From NCBI GenBank assembly GCA_964291215.2, contig OZ219790.1:448001-512000 (forward strand): a DNA stretch of 64,000 bases. Direction: 5' to 3'. The DNA comes from Alphaproteobacteria bacterium. GTDB taxonomy: Bacteria; Pseudomonadota; Alphaproteobacteria; MPNO01; UBA830. The notes below the pieces were generated by a model, which was not told the origin of the DNA, searched no databases, and saw nothing but the letters and a program-made list of their open reading frames with translations. Position numbers and translations under genes: made by a program. This document shows, in pieces, positions 52,066 to 63,112 of the stretch. The number at the start of each line of letters is the position of its first letter. Within the stretch, counting starts at the first letter, position 1.

Positions 52066-53481
52066 ATGGAAGACCAGCCCAACACCGGCAGATCCCTGTC
52101 AGATACGGGCAGCGACACCCTCCCGTCAGGCCACATGGTTCCCCAATCGACTGGGCGTTACCGTGCACTCACGGCCCGACATCTTGACGAGATTCCGCAG
52201 CTCAAGACACTCACTGCCGACGAGCAGTTTGCCATGCGCGTCGTCAGCAGCGTGCTCCCCTTCCGTTCCAACCGCTACGTGATCGAGAACCTCATCGACT
52301 GGGACCGGGTACCCGACGATCCGCTATACCAGATCACCTTCCCTCAGCGGGAGATGCTCAGGGACGAGGATTTTACGCGGATGGCGGATCTCGTCGCGCG
52401 TGACGCCACACCCGGCGAGATCAACGAAGCCGCAAACGAGATTCGGGTCGGCCTCAACCCGCATCCCGCCGGCCAGCGGGAACTCAACATACCCGAATCG
52501 GACGAAGGCGTTCTCGAAGGCCTCCAGCACAAGTACCGCGAGACCGTGCTCTTCTTCCCGAGCCACGGGCAGACCTGCCATGCGTACTGCACGTTCTGTT
52601 TCCGCTGGGCCCAGTTCGTCGGCGACAAGGATCTCAAGATCGTCGCCAAGGAGGAGACCGGCCTGCACCAATACCTGGCCGCGCACCCGGACGTGTCGGA
52701 CCTGCTGGTCACCGGCGGCGACCCGATGATCATGAAGGTGAGTTCGATGGAGCGCTTTCTCCGGCCGTTCATCGACGATCCCTCGCTCGGCCACGTTCAG
52801 GATATCCGCATTGGAACGAAGTCGCTGACCTTCTGGCCGCATCGGTTCGTGAACGACGAGGACGCGGATGACATGCTGAGGCTCCTCGAAGACCTCGCCG
52901 AGGCCGGCAAGCATGTCGCCATCATGGCGCACTTCAATCACTGGCAGGAACTCGAGACGGAGGTTGCCCGCGAGGCTATCCGCCGTCTCCGCGATACCGG
53001 CGCCGTGATCCGCTGCCAGGCCCCCCTTCTCGCCCACATCAACGATTCCTCCGATGTCTGGAGCCGCATGTGGCGCGAACAGGTACGTCTCGGGATGATC
53101 CCGTACTACATGTTTGTCGAGCGGGACACCGGGGCGCGGCACTATTTCGAGGTACCGCTGGAGCGGGCGTGGGAGATTTTCGCCGGTGCGCTCAACCAGG
53201 TGTCCGGGCTTGGCCGCACCGTTCGCGGTCCGAGCATGAGCGCCACGCCGGGCAAGATAGAGGTCCTCGGCGTGCAGGAAGTTCACGGCGAAAAAGTGTT
53301 CGTGCTGCGCTTCCTGCAAGGACGGAATCCGGATTGGGTCGGGCGGCCTTTCTTCGCCAGGTTCGATCCGGCGGCCACTTGGTTCGACCACCTCGAGCCA
53401 GCATTCGGAGAATCGAAGTTCTTCTTCGAAGACGATTTCCGGAGCATGCTCAAGGGCACCGCGATGGCAGACGCAGGCTGA
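52066..53481 (+). CDS. KamA-family radical SAM protein (lysine 2,3-aminomutase-like)
   Basis: HKYRETVLFF, CHAYCTFCFRW (CxxxCxxC), TGGDP, IRIGTK, HFNH, PYYMF; AAGGAG RBS. Confidence 0.9.
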   Translation: MEDQPNTGRSLSDTGSDTLPSGHMVPQSTGRYRALTARHLDEIPQLKTLTADEQFAMRVVSSVLPFRSNRYVIENLIDWDRVPDDPLYQITFPQREMLRDEDFTRMADLVARDATPGEINEAANEIRVGLNPHPAGQRELNIPESDEGVLEGLQHKYRETVLFFPSHGQTCHAYCTFCFRWAQFVGDKDLKIVAKEETGLHQYLAAHPDVSDLLVTGGDPMIMKVSSMERFLRPFIDDPSLGHVQDIRIGTKSLTFWPHRFVNDEDADDMLRLLEDLAEAGKHVAIMAHFNHWQELETEVAREAIRRLRDTGAVIRCQAPLLAHINDSSDVWSRMWREQVRLGMIPYYMFVERDTGARHYFEVPLERAWEIFAGALNQVSGLGRTVRGPSMSATPGKIEVLGVQEVHGEKVFVLRFLQGRNPDWVGRPFFARFDPAATWFDHLEPAFGESKFFFEDDFRSMLKGTAMADAG

Positions 53482-53652
53482 AACCCGGATCGGCGAAAGC
53501 CGCCTTGCCGGCAACGGACGAATTTTCGGCATGCCCTGTCGACCGACGGGATGCGACAAGGTGAATATCCGACCGCCGCCGGGGCACGGAGAACATTTCA
53601 GGCGAGAGATGCGCACAAGGCAGTGCAGAAAGCAATGCCGGATTGCGTGGAG

Positions 53653-54174
53653 ATGACCATTCCCACGATACATGGGACCGTCGCCGTGGTCGGCGACTAC
53701 GTCTCGGGCGATGTCATACTGCCTGGCCGCCATGCCTTTCTCGATACCGAAGGAATGGCGGCGCATGTGCTTGAGGAACTCAACGACACGGCCAACGCCT
53801 GCGTCCGCGCCGCCTCCGTCCTCGTCGCCGGAACCGCCTTCGGCTACGGGACCGGACGGGAATCGTCAGCGCGCGCGCTCCGCGCGGCCGGCATAAGGGC
53901 TGTCATCGGCGGCCCCTTCGCCCGAATGTTCTACCGCAACGCGATCAACAACGGCCTCCTGGTTCTGGACTGCCCCGCACTCGTCGAGCAGGGCGTTGAA
54001 GACGGCTCGGCGATCGAGATCGACCCTGCTTCGGGCCGGGTGCGCTGCGAGGGCCGCGAACACGCGATACCGGCAGTGCCTGACCTGATCGGCGCCATCG
54101 TTTCGGCAGGCAACCTCGTCGAATACGGGCGCCGCCTCCTGTCTTCCGAGGCCGGGGAGACTGCGCATGGCTGA
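53653..54174 (+). CDS. LeuD/HacB-like aconitase-family small subunit
   Basis: GDYVSGDVILP, FGYGTGRES, FARMFYRNAINNG. Confidence 0.88.
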   Translation: MTIPTIHGTVAVVGDYVSGDVILPGRHAFLDTEGMAAHVLEELNDTANACVRAASVLVAGTAFGYGTGRESSARALRAAGIRAVIGGPFARMFYRNAINNGLLVLDCPALVEQGVEDGSAIEIDPASGRVRCEGREHAIPAVPDLIGAIVSAGNLVEYGRRLLSSEAGETAHG

Positions 54175-55468
54175 GAGCGGCCTGACGCTTGCCCAGAAGG
54201 TCCTGGGCCGTGCCGCAGGAATTACCGCGCCGCGCCCGGGCGAGATCATCGAGGTACGGCCCGACTTCTCCTATTCCCACGATTTTGCCGTCTATGTCAT
54301 CGACGCGTTCGAACGCATGGGTGCCCGCAGGGTCGTACAGCCGGACCGGGTCGCCATCTGCCTTGACCATGTCATTCCGGCAGACAACCGGCGCGACGCA
54401 AACAACCATGCCCGGATCCGCACCTTTGCCAGGGCCCAGGGGTTGCGTCATTTCTTCGACGCCGGTACCGGAATCGCCCATCAGGTGATGTTCGAGAAGG
54501 GGCTGGTCGCACCCGGCAGCCTCGTCATCGCCAGTGATTCCCACACGCCGTCAGGAGGAGCGCTCGGCGCGCTTGCGCTTGGTGTCGGAGAAACGGAACT
54601 GGGTTTCGCCTGGGCCACGGGCTTCCTCTGGATCAGGGTTCCGGCCACCATCCGCATCTCGCTCGAGGGCAGGTTTCAGCCGGGAGTTTATGCCAAGGAC
54701 ATGATGCTTCACCTGATCGCGAAGCTCGGCGTCCTCGGCGCGGTGTACGAGGTGCTGGAATATGGCGGGCCGTCGGCTGCGACACTATCGGCTTCCGAAC
54801 GCTTCACACTGTGCAACATGAGCGCCGAACTCGGTGCCAAGACAGGGGTGTTCCCGCACGACCGGATAACCTCTGACTTCCTCGACGGGCGCGTCCAGTT
54901 CGATAGTCAGCCGGTGCAACCGGATCCGGACGCCACCTATTCGCGCGAGCTGACCGTCGACCTCGACGCCCTTGAACCGATGCTCGCCCTCCCTGGGCGA
55001 GAAGATCGCGGCGTGCCAGTGACCGAGGCAGCCGGCCGGGCTGTACAGCAGATATTCATCGGGTCCTGCACCAATGCCCGCGCCGACGACCTCGCGATCG
55101 CCGCCCGGATCCTGCGCGGACAGCAGGTTCGTTCCGGCGTACGCCTGATTGTCGTCCCGGCTTCGCGCGCGGTTATGGCAGAGACCGCGCACAACGGTGA
55201 TCTCGCGACTCTTCTCGAGGCCGGGGCCACGTTCATGCCGAGCGGATGCGCGGTATGCGCCGGAACGCATCAGGGTGTGCTCGCGGACGGAGAACTCTGC
55301 CTCTCGACCAGCAACCGAAACGCCCCTGGCCGCATGGGCAACAGGCAAGCTGAAATCGCTCTTTGCAGCCCCGCGACGGCAGCTGCAAGCGCAATTACAG
55401 GCGTCGTCACCGACGCGCGCGAATTCGCTGGAGAGCAAACGCCGCTGGCGGCCGCAGACGAGGGCTAA
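54167..55468 (+). CDS. LeuC/HacA-like aconitase-family large subunit
   Basis: DH, GIAHQ, SDSHT, LCNMSAE.GAK, IGSCTN, GCAVC.G, STSNRN..GRMG. Confidence 0.92.
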   Translation: MAESGLTLAQKVLGRAAGITAPRPGEIIEVRPDFSYSHDFAVYVIDAFERMGARRVVQPDRVAICLDHVIPADNRRDANNHARIRTFARAQGLRHFFDAGTGIAHQVMFEKGLVAPGSLVIASDSHTPSGGALGALALGVGETELGFAWATGFLWIRVPATIRISLEGRFQPGVYAKDMMLHLIAKLGVLGAVYEVLEYGGPSAATLSASERFTLCNMSAELGAKTGVFPHDRITSDFLDGRVQFDSQPVQPDPDATYSRELTVDLDALEPMLALPGREDRGVPVTEAAGRAVQQIFIGSCTNARADDLAIAARILRGQQVRSGVRLIVVPASRAVMAETAHNGDLATLLEAGATFMPSGCAVCAGTHQGVLADGELCLSTSNRNAPGRMGNRQAEIALCSPATAAASAITGVVTDAREFAGEQTPLAAADEG

Positions 55469-55484
55469 TCGTCGGACGCACAGC

Positions 55485-56084
55485 CTATCGATTTACGTTT
55501 TCCGCGTAGAAGGCTGACGGCAGGTTGTCCTTGGGCCAGTCGTCGCCGTTCTCGAACGGAGCGACGCCGACGGCATGGCGCGCCATGCCCGACTCGAGCA
55601 TCGCCATCGAGACGATCTCTGCGATTCCGATGTCGTCTATGCCGTGGTCGCGCAGTGCCTGGAAGTCGCCGTCCTCCGTACCCTCGTTGAACGCCACCTT
55701 GCGCGCGAAGCGAAGGACATCCTTCCACATCGGCTCCAGCGTCGAGGAATTCTCGAAATCTATGCACTCCATCACATCGTCGGCCGTCATCTGGAAATGC
55801 TCGATGAGATGGGTCTGGTGGTTGTTGATGCAGCGCGGACAATCAACCTCCGCCGCACAGACCAGAGAAATGGCATTGAGCAATGGCTTGGGCAGCGAGC
55901 CGGGAGTCATCTGCAGCCGCTTCGTGAGCGTCCACCATCCCTTAAGAAGGTCGATGTCGAGAGCAAAGAACCCCCAAGTCGGCGTCAAGAAATTGGCACC
56001 TTTCGTGGCTCGGATGTCATCGAAGATCTCCGCAACTTCGTCATCGGCAAGATCCGGCCGAATCAGCTTCACCTTGTCCATCAT
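55485..56084 (-). CDS. AhpD/carboxymuconolactone-decarboxylase-family protein
   Basis: CPRCINNH (CxxC..H), LRDHG..D..IAEI. Confidence 0.8.
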   Translation of the reverse strand: MMDKVKLIRPDLADDEVAEIFDDIRATKGANFLTPTWGFFALDIDLLKGWWTLTKRLQMTPGSLPKPLLNAISLVCAAEVDCPRCINNHQTHLIEHFQMTADDVMECIDFENSSTLEPMWKDVLRFARKVAFNEGTEDGDFQALRDHGIDDIGIAEIVSMAMLESGMARHAVGVAPFENGDDWPKDNLPSAFYAENVNR

Positions 56085-56518
56085 CCGTCATGCCGTCTCC
56101 CCGGTCGACGAGTCGTCACGGTCACGGACCGTCTCGCCGGCCTTTCGACGCTGCATCTCCCTGCCAGCGGCGGTTTGCCTCGGGTCGGCGCCGGGCGCTG
56201 GCTGCCGACGCCTCAATCGCTTAGCTGCCTGGAGATCCGGGGTCAAGCTGGAGCCTGCTCGCCGGGCCCGTCAGAAGCCGGTACGACCTGACAAGTCCCC
56301 GTGCTTGCAATGGCCCGTTTCTTCGTTTCTGGAAAATGGAGGCAACAACCCGCAACAGAACCGAAATTCGCCTTCGTGACCGATTTCCAAGCGGTTGTCT
56401 GCTACTGCCTGTGGTGCTAGCCTTGTCTGCGGCAAACAGGCTGCCCCCACATGCATGCCAAGCCATCGGGCGCCTGCACCGAATCCGTTTTCGCAATACC
56501 TTCAGGAAGCAGACCAAC

Positions 56519-57538
56519 ATGAATAGCATTACACGCCGTCATGCCCTCGGCACCATCAGCGCCGCAACAGCGATATCCGCTGCCGGCCTGCCCGCACATG
56601 CGGCCACCAAGACCAAGGTGGGAGCATTGCGCTTCACCAGCCATGCGGCGAGTTTCGTGGCCTATGAGCGTGGATACTTCAAGGAGGCGGGACTCGATGT
56701 CGAGTTCCGGTTCTTCCAGGCTGCCCAGCCCATGGCGGTAGCGATCGCTTCGGGAGATGTCGACTATGGCGTCACCGCGATCTCGGGCGGGCTCATCAGC
56801 CTTGCCGAGAAGGGGGCCGCGAAGGTGATCGGCGGCGCGCTTAGCGAGGAAAAGGGCATAGACGGCCAGATGATTCTTGCTTCCAACGCTGCCCATGCTG
56901 CAGGGCTGACGTCGCCGGCCCAGCTCAAGGGCAAGCTCTACGGTATGACCACAGCGGGTTCGTCGTTCCACTACATGGCTTCGAAGATTGCCAGCGCCGA
57001 GGGCTTCCCCGGCGGGATCAGGATGAAACCGCTCCAGAAGGTGGGGGCGATCATTGGCGCGCTAAAATCGGGCCAGATCGATGCCTGGTCGATCGTACCG
57101 CATATCGCCAAGGCGCTTGCCGGCGGCGGCGCCGTGAAGCCGATCGGCGTGATTGCGGATTACATTCCGGACTACCAGGTAACCACCGTGTTCACCTCGG
57201 CCAATACCGCTGCCAAGGAGAGGGCCAAGACCAAGGCATTCCTTGCCGCGTTCTCCAAGGGCGCCGATGACTTCAATGCGGCACTGGTCGACAAGACTGC
57301 GGGCGCAGACGCCGCCGAGGCCATGGTCAAGCTCATCCACAAATACGTCTACGCCGACCGTCCTTATGCCAAGGCCGCACCGTCGATCCGCAACGGCGCC
57401 ATGCGCATCAATAAAGGCGCCGCGTTGAGGACGGGTTCGGTCTCCGACCAGCTCGAATGGTTCAAGTCCGAAAAACTGGTCAAGGCCGGGATCACGATGG
57501 ACACGCTCGTCGATCCGTCTTACGTCAAGTCGATCTGA
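56519..57538 (+). CDS. NitT/TauT-family ABC substrate-binding protein with Tat signal
   Basis: ITRRHALG; A.ERGYF.E.GLDVE, G.T..GS, LKSGQIDA. Confidence 0.9.
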   Translation: MNSITRRHALGTISAATAISAAGLPAHAATKTKVGALRFTSHAASFVAYERGYFKEAGLDVEFRFFQAAQPMAVAIASGDVDYGVTAISGGLISLAEKGAAKVIGGALSEEKGIDGQMILASNAAHAAGLTSPAQLKGKLYGMTTAGSSFHYMASKIASAEGFPGGIRMKPLQKVGAIIGALKSGQIDAWSIVPHIAKALAGGGAVKPIGVIADYIPDYQVTTVFTSANTAAKERAKTKAFLAAFSKGADDFNAALVDKTAGADAAEAMVKLIHKYVYADRPYAKAAPSIRNGAMRINKGAALRTGSVSDQLEWFKSEKLVKAGITMDTLVDPSYVKSI

Positions 57539-57588
57539 ACAGGCATTCCGGCCGGGGTGGCAGCACCCCCACCCTGGCCGGAAACTCC

Positions 57589-58356
57589 ATGGACCTCGTT
57601 CTCGACCGGATCAGCCACAGCTATGGCGACACCGAGGTTCTACGCGGCATCTCCCTGACGATCAGAGCCGGCCAGATCGTTTGCATCATAGGGCCGTCCG
57701 GCTGCGGCAAATCGACATTGCTGCGAATCATAGGTGGGCTTGAGCAGCCGGGTAGCGGCAAGGTCCTGCAGGAAGGCGCGCCGCCGGCCGATAGCCTCAA
57801 TCCGCTGACCTACGTATTCCAGGACTTCGCGCTCCTGCCGTGGCGCACCGCCGGCGGCAATGTCAGCCTGGCGCTGGAAGACCATGGCCTTGCGCGCGAA
57901 CGCAGAGAAGCCGTCATCTCGGATGTGCTGCAACGCACCCGCCTCAGCGAGTTTCGCGACGCGCTACCACGGCAACTTTCCGGGGGCATGAAACAACGCG
58001 TGGCAATCGCCCGAGCCCTGGCGGTCAACCCGGCAGTGATGCTCCTCGACGAACCGCTCTCGGCGCTCGACGCCCAGACCCGTGAACTGCTCCTGGACGA
58101 CCTGATTGGCCTGTGGTCGCGCCAGCCGTTCACCGCAGTCTACATCACCCACAATCTCGGCGAGGCCGTGCGTCTTGGCCACCGCATCGTCGTTCTCTCG
58201 CGCCGTCCCGGAGTAATCCGGGAGGTGATCGAAATCGATCGCCCGATAGACGGGCGCGGCATTGCGGACGCCGAGCTCGAAGACCTTCAGAAACACCTCT
58301 GGACGCTGATTCGCGACGAGGCCGCTGCCGCTGACAAGCAACTCGTCCATGGCTGA
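57589..58356 (+). CDS. NitT/TauT-family ABC ATP-binding protein
   Basis: GPSGCGKST, LSGGMKQR, LLDEP, ITH. Confidence 0.95.
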   Translation: MDLVLDRISHSYGDTEVLRGISLTIRAGQIVCIIGPSGCGKSTLLRIIGGLEQPGSGKVLQEGAPPADSLNPLTYVFQDFALLPWRTAGGNVSLALEDHGLARERREAVISDVLQRTRLSEFRDALPRQLSGGMKQRVAIARALAVNPAVMLLDEPLSALDAQTRELLLDDLIGLWSRQPFTAVYITHNLGEAVRLGHRIVVLSRRPGVIREVIEIDRPIDGRGIADAELEDLQKHLWTLIRDEAAAADKQLVHG

Positions 58357-59173
58357 AATCAGATCAGTGGCCGAGCGTTCCGACACGACGCGGTCGACGG
58401 TACAGTTCCGCGGCGGCGGATTCGCGCCACAGCGGCTCGGCTGGATAGGCCCGATCGTGTTCGTTTCCCTGATCGCGCTCGTCGAAGCCGGAACGTGGAC
58501 CGGCATCATTTCCAAGCTGACCCTGCCACGACCGTCCGCGGTGTTCGAAACGTTCGGCGACCTTTGGAACACGGGACTGCTCTGGAAACACCTGGTCCCA
58601 TCGGTCACGCGCCTCGTCGTCGGCGGCGTGGCCGGCGCCTCCGCCGGCATCGCTATCGGAATTCTCATCGGCCTGTTCACGTTTATCCGTGCAGGCCTTG
58701 TGCCGCTGGTCGCTGCCATCTTCCCGATACCGAAGATTGCGCTCCTGCCACTGTTCGTGATCTGGTTCGGGATCGACGAAGGATCGAAATACGCTCTGAT
58801 CGCGTTCGGGACCTTCACACCGACCGTGGTTGCAACCTACGGCGCCGTCGACAATGTCGACCGCGGGTTGATCCGCATGGGTCAGAGCTTCGGCCTGACG
58901 TGGCTTTCAATCGTGCGCAAGATCGTGCTGCCGGGCGCCCTTCCCGGCATTCTGTCCGGTCTTCGCGTCTCGCTGGCAATCGCGATCATCCTGCTCGTCG
59001 CCGCCGAGATGCTGGGCGCCGAATACGGGGTCGGCGCCTACATCCTCGAAGCCGGTGCACTCTTCGATCTCGAACGGCTCTTCGCCGGAGTGACGATCCT
59101 CTCGATTCTCGGCGTAACGGTGAGTTACATGGTCGGACGGCTTGAGAAGAGACTCCTGAACTGGAGGAGTTGA
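58349..59173 (+). CDS. NitT/TauT-family ABC permease
   Basis: LP.PS.V, PIPKIALLP..WFG, LPGALP, VAAEM. Confidence 0.93.
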   Translation: MAEIRSVAERSDTTRSTVQFRGGGFAPQRLGWIGPIVFVSLIALVEAGTWTGIISKLTLPRPSAVFETFGDLWNTGLLWKHLVPSVTRLVVGGVAGASAGIAIGILIGLFTFIRAGLVPLVAAIFPIPKIALLPLFVIWFGIDEGSKYALIAFGTFTPTVVATYGAVDNVDRGLIRMGQSFGLTWLSIVRKIVLPGALPGILSGLRVSLAIAIILLVAAEMLGAEYGVGAYILEAGALFDLERLFAGVTILSILGVTVSYMVGRLEKRLLNWRS

Positions 59174-59210
59174 CCACAGCCTGTTCCGGAGCAATTCGCG
59201 CCCGCTCAAC

Positions 59211-60972
59211 CCGAAGTTCCAAAAAATTCCGGCTGAAATGCACGTCAAGTCATTGATGCAGCGTGGTTTATCGGATTTTTCGTGCGTCAGACTGTGCCCA
59301 TGTAATATTGTGTTGGATGCTCGACATCCATGGATCTGTCGCCTATATGCAGTAGTCATCTATATCGAATCCATCCCCAACCGCTCGTCCCCGCCCGCCA
59401 TCCTGCTCCGCGAGTCCTGTCGCGAAGCCGGAACGGTCAAGAAGCGCACCCTCGCCAACCTTTCCAGGTGGTCGCCCGCTCTCATCGAGGGATTGCGCAT
59501 TCTGCTCAAGAAAGGAACCGCAGGTCTCGACGACGCCTTTGACCTCGTCCGCTCTCTTCCCCATGGTCATGTGGCCGCGGTGCTGGGAACCCTGAAGAAA
59601 CTGGACCGGCGGATCGATCCGAAGCCCTCGCGCGATCAGGTGCTGGCCATGATCGTGGCACGCATCCTTGAGCCCGCCTCGAAGCTGGCCAGGAGGCTGG
59701 CGACAGCGGTCAGCACCTTGGGTGAGCTCCTTGATGCGGAGTTGGACGAGAATGTCCTCTACGGCGCCGGCTCCTGGAACGTCAGGAGAAGATCGAGCGG
59801 TCCCTGGCGAAGCGGCACCTCGAAGAGGGCTGCTTGGTGCTCCTGACTTCCGTGTGGATGGAGGGGAGAGCGTGTCCCCTGGCCAAACGGGGTCATCCCC
59901 GGGATGGCAAGAAGGGCAAGCTGCAGTCGGCCTTCTGTGTGATCGGGACGGGTGTCGGTGGAAGTGTTCCCCGGCAACACGGCGGACCCGGCGACGCTGT
60001 CCTCGCAGGTCGCCACGCTGCAGGAACTGTTCTCCCTTGCGAAGGTGGTGGGGCATCGGGGGACCGAGGCCCGCGAGGAGGTGAAGCCTGCGGGCCTGGA
60101 TCAGCGCCTTGATGAGGACCGGCCATCCGTTCACTGGTGGAGGCCGGCGACATCGAGATGTCGCTCTTCGACGAGAGAGACCTTGTGGAGATCACCAGCG
60201 ATGCGTATCCCGGCGAGCGCCTCTGCCGCAACCCCCTGCTGGCCGAGGACCGGGCCCGCGGGACCTGCTCGAGGCCACCGAGGCTCGCACCGATTGCCGC
60301 AGCGACACGGCGCGACAAGCGCCGGAAAGATCGGGGAGCGGGTCGGCAAGGTCGGTACAAGATGGCGAAGCACTTCACGTGGTCCATCGACGATGACGGT
60401 GTCTTCACCTATGGGCGCGATGAGGCTGCGCTCGCCGCCGAGGCTCCTCCACGTGATCCGCCTGCCGCAGAGCGAGCTCGACGGTCCCGGCACGGTGCGC
60501 GCCTGAAAGCGGCTGAGTTCCGTGGAACGAGCCTTCCGCAGCCTCAAGGACCTGAAGGTGCGTCCCGTCTACCCGAGCCCCGGGCCCACGTCTTCCTGTG
60601 CATGCTCGCCTACTACATGGCACATGCGACTGAAGCCCCTGCTGTTCGACGACGAGGATGCCGAAGGCGGCCGTCCGTCGTGGCGCCGGCAGAGGTCTCG
60701 GCGAGCGCCCGGGCCACGGCGGCAACCGGAAGGACGCCCGGGGGTGGCACAGCTTCCGTACCTTCATCGATGATCTCGCGACCATCACCCGCAACACCGT
60801 GGCGCCCCGCCTTGCGGGCGCCGAACCCTTCCAGGTCACCACGCGGCCCACGCCGCTCCAGAGAAGGGCATTCAAGCTCCTGGGCGTGAAGCCATAGTGT
60901 ACCCAGACCGCTGAAATGTATCGAATGTCATTTCTATCAGATACTTAGGTCTGATCGGCTCTGGAACTTCGG
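59211..60972 (+). mobile_element. Degenerate IS1634-family element
   Basis: Inverted ends CCGAAGTTCCA and TGGAACTTCGG; YIESIPNRSSPPAILLRES, PHGHV, VFPGNTAD, ERAFRSLK, HVFLCMLAYY in shifting frames. Confidence 0.9.
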
Positions 60973-60974
60973 AC

Positions 60975-63112
60975 GTAAGCGTTCGTTCATGCGGTGATGA
61001 CGATCTGCGCTGAGGTTTGTTTTGGTAATTCGGAGAAGGAGTCTGGTAAATTTTTTTTGGCGGTGCCATCAGATGGTCATGTGCATCAAGGATTCGTGTC
61101 ATCATCGGGTGCGGACGCCGCTGGCGACATGCCGCAGTCGTCGTGTCGTGATTCGGCCATCTGGAAGTCCCTGTACGATCGCGAGCGTATTCGAGTCGAG
61201 GCGGCGGAAGCCCGCACGGCGGCTGCGGAGGGTCGCTGTGAGAGGAGCTGCGCTTGCAGGAGGTGGAGGAGCGCAGCCGCGCGAATTCCCTGAAGGCGAT
61301 TTTCGAGAGCAATCGCAAGAAGCTGTCAGCTGCCCGTGCGGAGGTCAGGGAAGTTCGGCGGACGGCGAAGCAGTCTCTTGCGCTGAAGCATGAGGTTGCA
61401 CGTCCGGGCCAGCTTCTTGCCGAGGCCGGCGCGCGGAAGCGGTCGAAGGTGGTATCGCTGCGCATGAAGAATGCCAGCCTGAAGACCGCGATGAAGGTTC
61501 TGAAGGGTCGGGGCGGAGAACGACAAGCTTCGTTCGAACAGGTCGTCGATGTACGGGCGCAAGAGCGAGAAGAGGCAGCGGGCGCCATCGAAGCGCGGCC
61601 GACGCTCGAGGAGGTGGCGGAGGACGCCTGCTCGTGCTGCGTTGCCAACGGTTCGCACCAGGATCATCGAGATCAAAAGCGGCGGATTGTCCGCCGGGGC
61701 TGTGACTGCCCCGGTTCACCGAGCGAGGCGGCTGTTTCCCAGCACCGCATTCGGGTGTGGACGCATGTGCTGCACGAGCGCGTGCATGCGGCCCTTGCGC
61801 CGCGTCCAGGGGCTTTCGCCGGGAACGCTGGCCAGCGAGCCGGATGCTGCCCCTGTTCGAGCCGCTTCGGGACGCGATCCTCGCGCACCGGGGTTTGCGC
61901 CATGCCGATGCATCCAGGCCTCGAGGGAGGTCCGGAAATCGCGCCTGGCTCCGGACATCGGTCAGCCGTGACGCAGCCCTCTCCCTCGCGCAGCGCCGAG
62001 GTCGCGGCGAAGCTGTTCGCGGACGCCCCCATGTATCCGGTCTGCGGCCGCTACAACCCCTGCAAGAAGCTGGCGCGCCTGTGGTCCTTCATCATCCTGT
62101 GCTGTTGCCGGGCGCATTGTCGGCGCGACTTTCCGGACTGCGCCGGCCGCAGCTGGAGGGGTGGGCGGACGAACGGGTCGATCGCGGAGGTCTGCCGCCT
62201 GAACACGGCTCGACTGCCTTGCTTCCGGCGGCGTTCGAGGCGGCGCGGGCGGTGCCGGAGACCCCGGTCGCTGTTTGCGGAAGCGCCGAGGCTTCCGAAA
62301 GCGGCGCCGGAAGGCAGGCCGCTGCGCTCAACCATCGCGTGTTCGTCGACCATGGACAACAATTTCGGGGAAAGGGCTGTCAGGGGGCCCGGCCAACGGG
62401 CGGAAGCCCGGCTTCGGTTCCGACAGCATGGACGGCTGTCATGTACACGGCACGGTCGCGAAGAGCGGCCTCGACGTTCTGCGCTGGCGCCTGCGCGGAG
62501 AACGGCGGCCCGGCGATCTGTCGCCCTGGTTGCCGTGAGCCCGGAGAGGCGGCGGAGATTCGCGGCGCCGCCGTGAGGTCGAGGGCGCGACTTCATGGCC
62601 GCGCAGTGCTACGACGACCACGGAGCGGACCCCATCGCCCGCGCCTTCTGCCGCCGCCGGCCCCGAAGCTGATCACACCGCCGCCCCGAAGACCCTCGAC
62701 GAGCTCCGCCCGCTGATACTACCTCGGATACACGCGCCTGGTCGGCGCGCAGATACGCTAGGCGGTCCATGCGGTGAGCCGCTGCTTCTCGACCGCCGCA
62801 TGGACCGCGCGCTGCAACACCCCGCCCGTGCCCTGCGAGACCCTGGTCGAGGTCCCGCGCCGCGGCGTCTGTCGGATCCGCGTCGGAACAACCAGCGGCC
62901 GCTACGACCGACATGACAGAAGCCGAAGAAGGACATCTGGCCCGCTCCGCAAGGACTGGAAGCGGACCCTCAGATCCCTGCAACCGGCACAGGATCGCGC
63001 TCAGCTCCTCCTCCGCAGCGCCGGGACAAAACCGCAACCAATGCGGAAAACACGGCATGGCGCCAGTGCCCCTCACCGCGCATCCCGGTACACGAAACCG
63101 CTCCGGATGACG
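60975..63112 (+). mobile_element. Degenerate IS66-family element: transposase plus DUF4338/DruA passenger
   Basis: Left end GTAAGCGTTCGTTC; MYGRKSEK, HAD, C.AH.RRDF, MDNN..ER..RGP remnants, then YLGYTRLVGAQIR, CETLV, VGTT; right end cut off by IS630. Confidence 0.85.

Noticed and set aside
27023-60990. Recurrent GTAAGCGTTCGTTC motif as a CRISPR repeat or novel repeat family
   Set aside because: Dispersed, in both orientations, with no spacers or cas genes; explained as IS66 terminal repeats.
24829-63112. A Druantia defence system
   Set aside because: The DruA-like domains lie inside IS ends, and no DruE-like helicase operon accompanies them.
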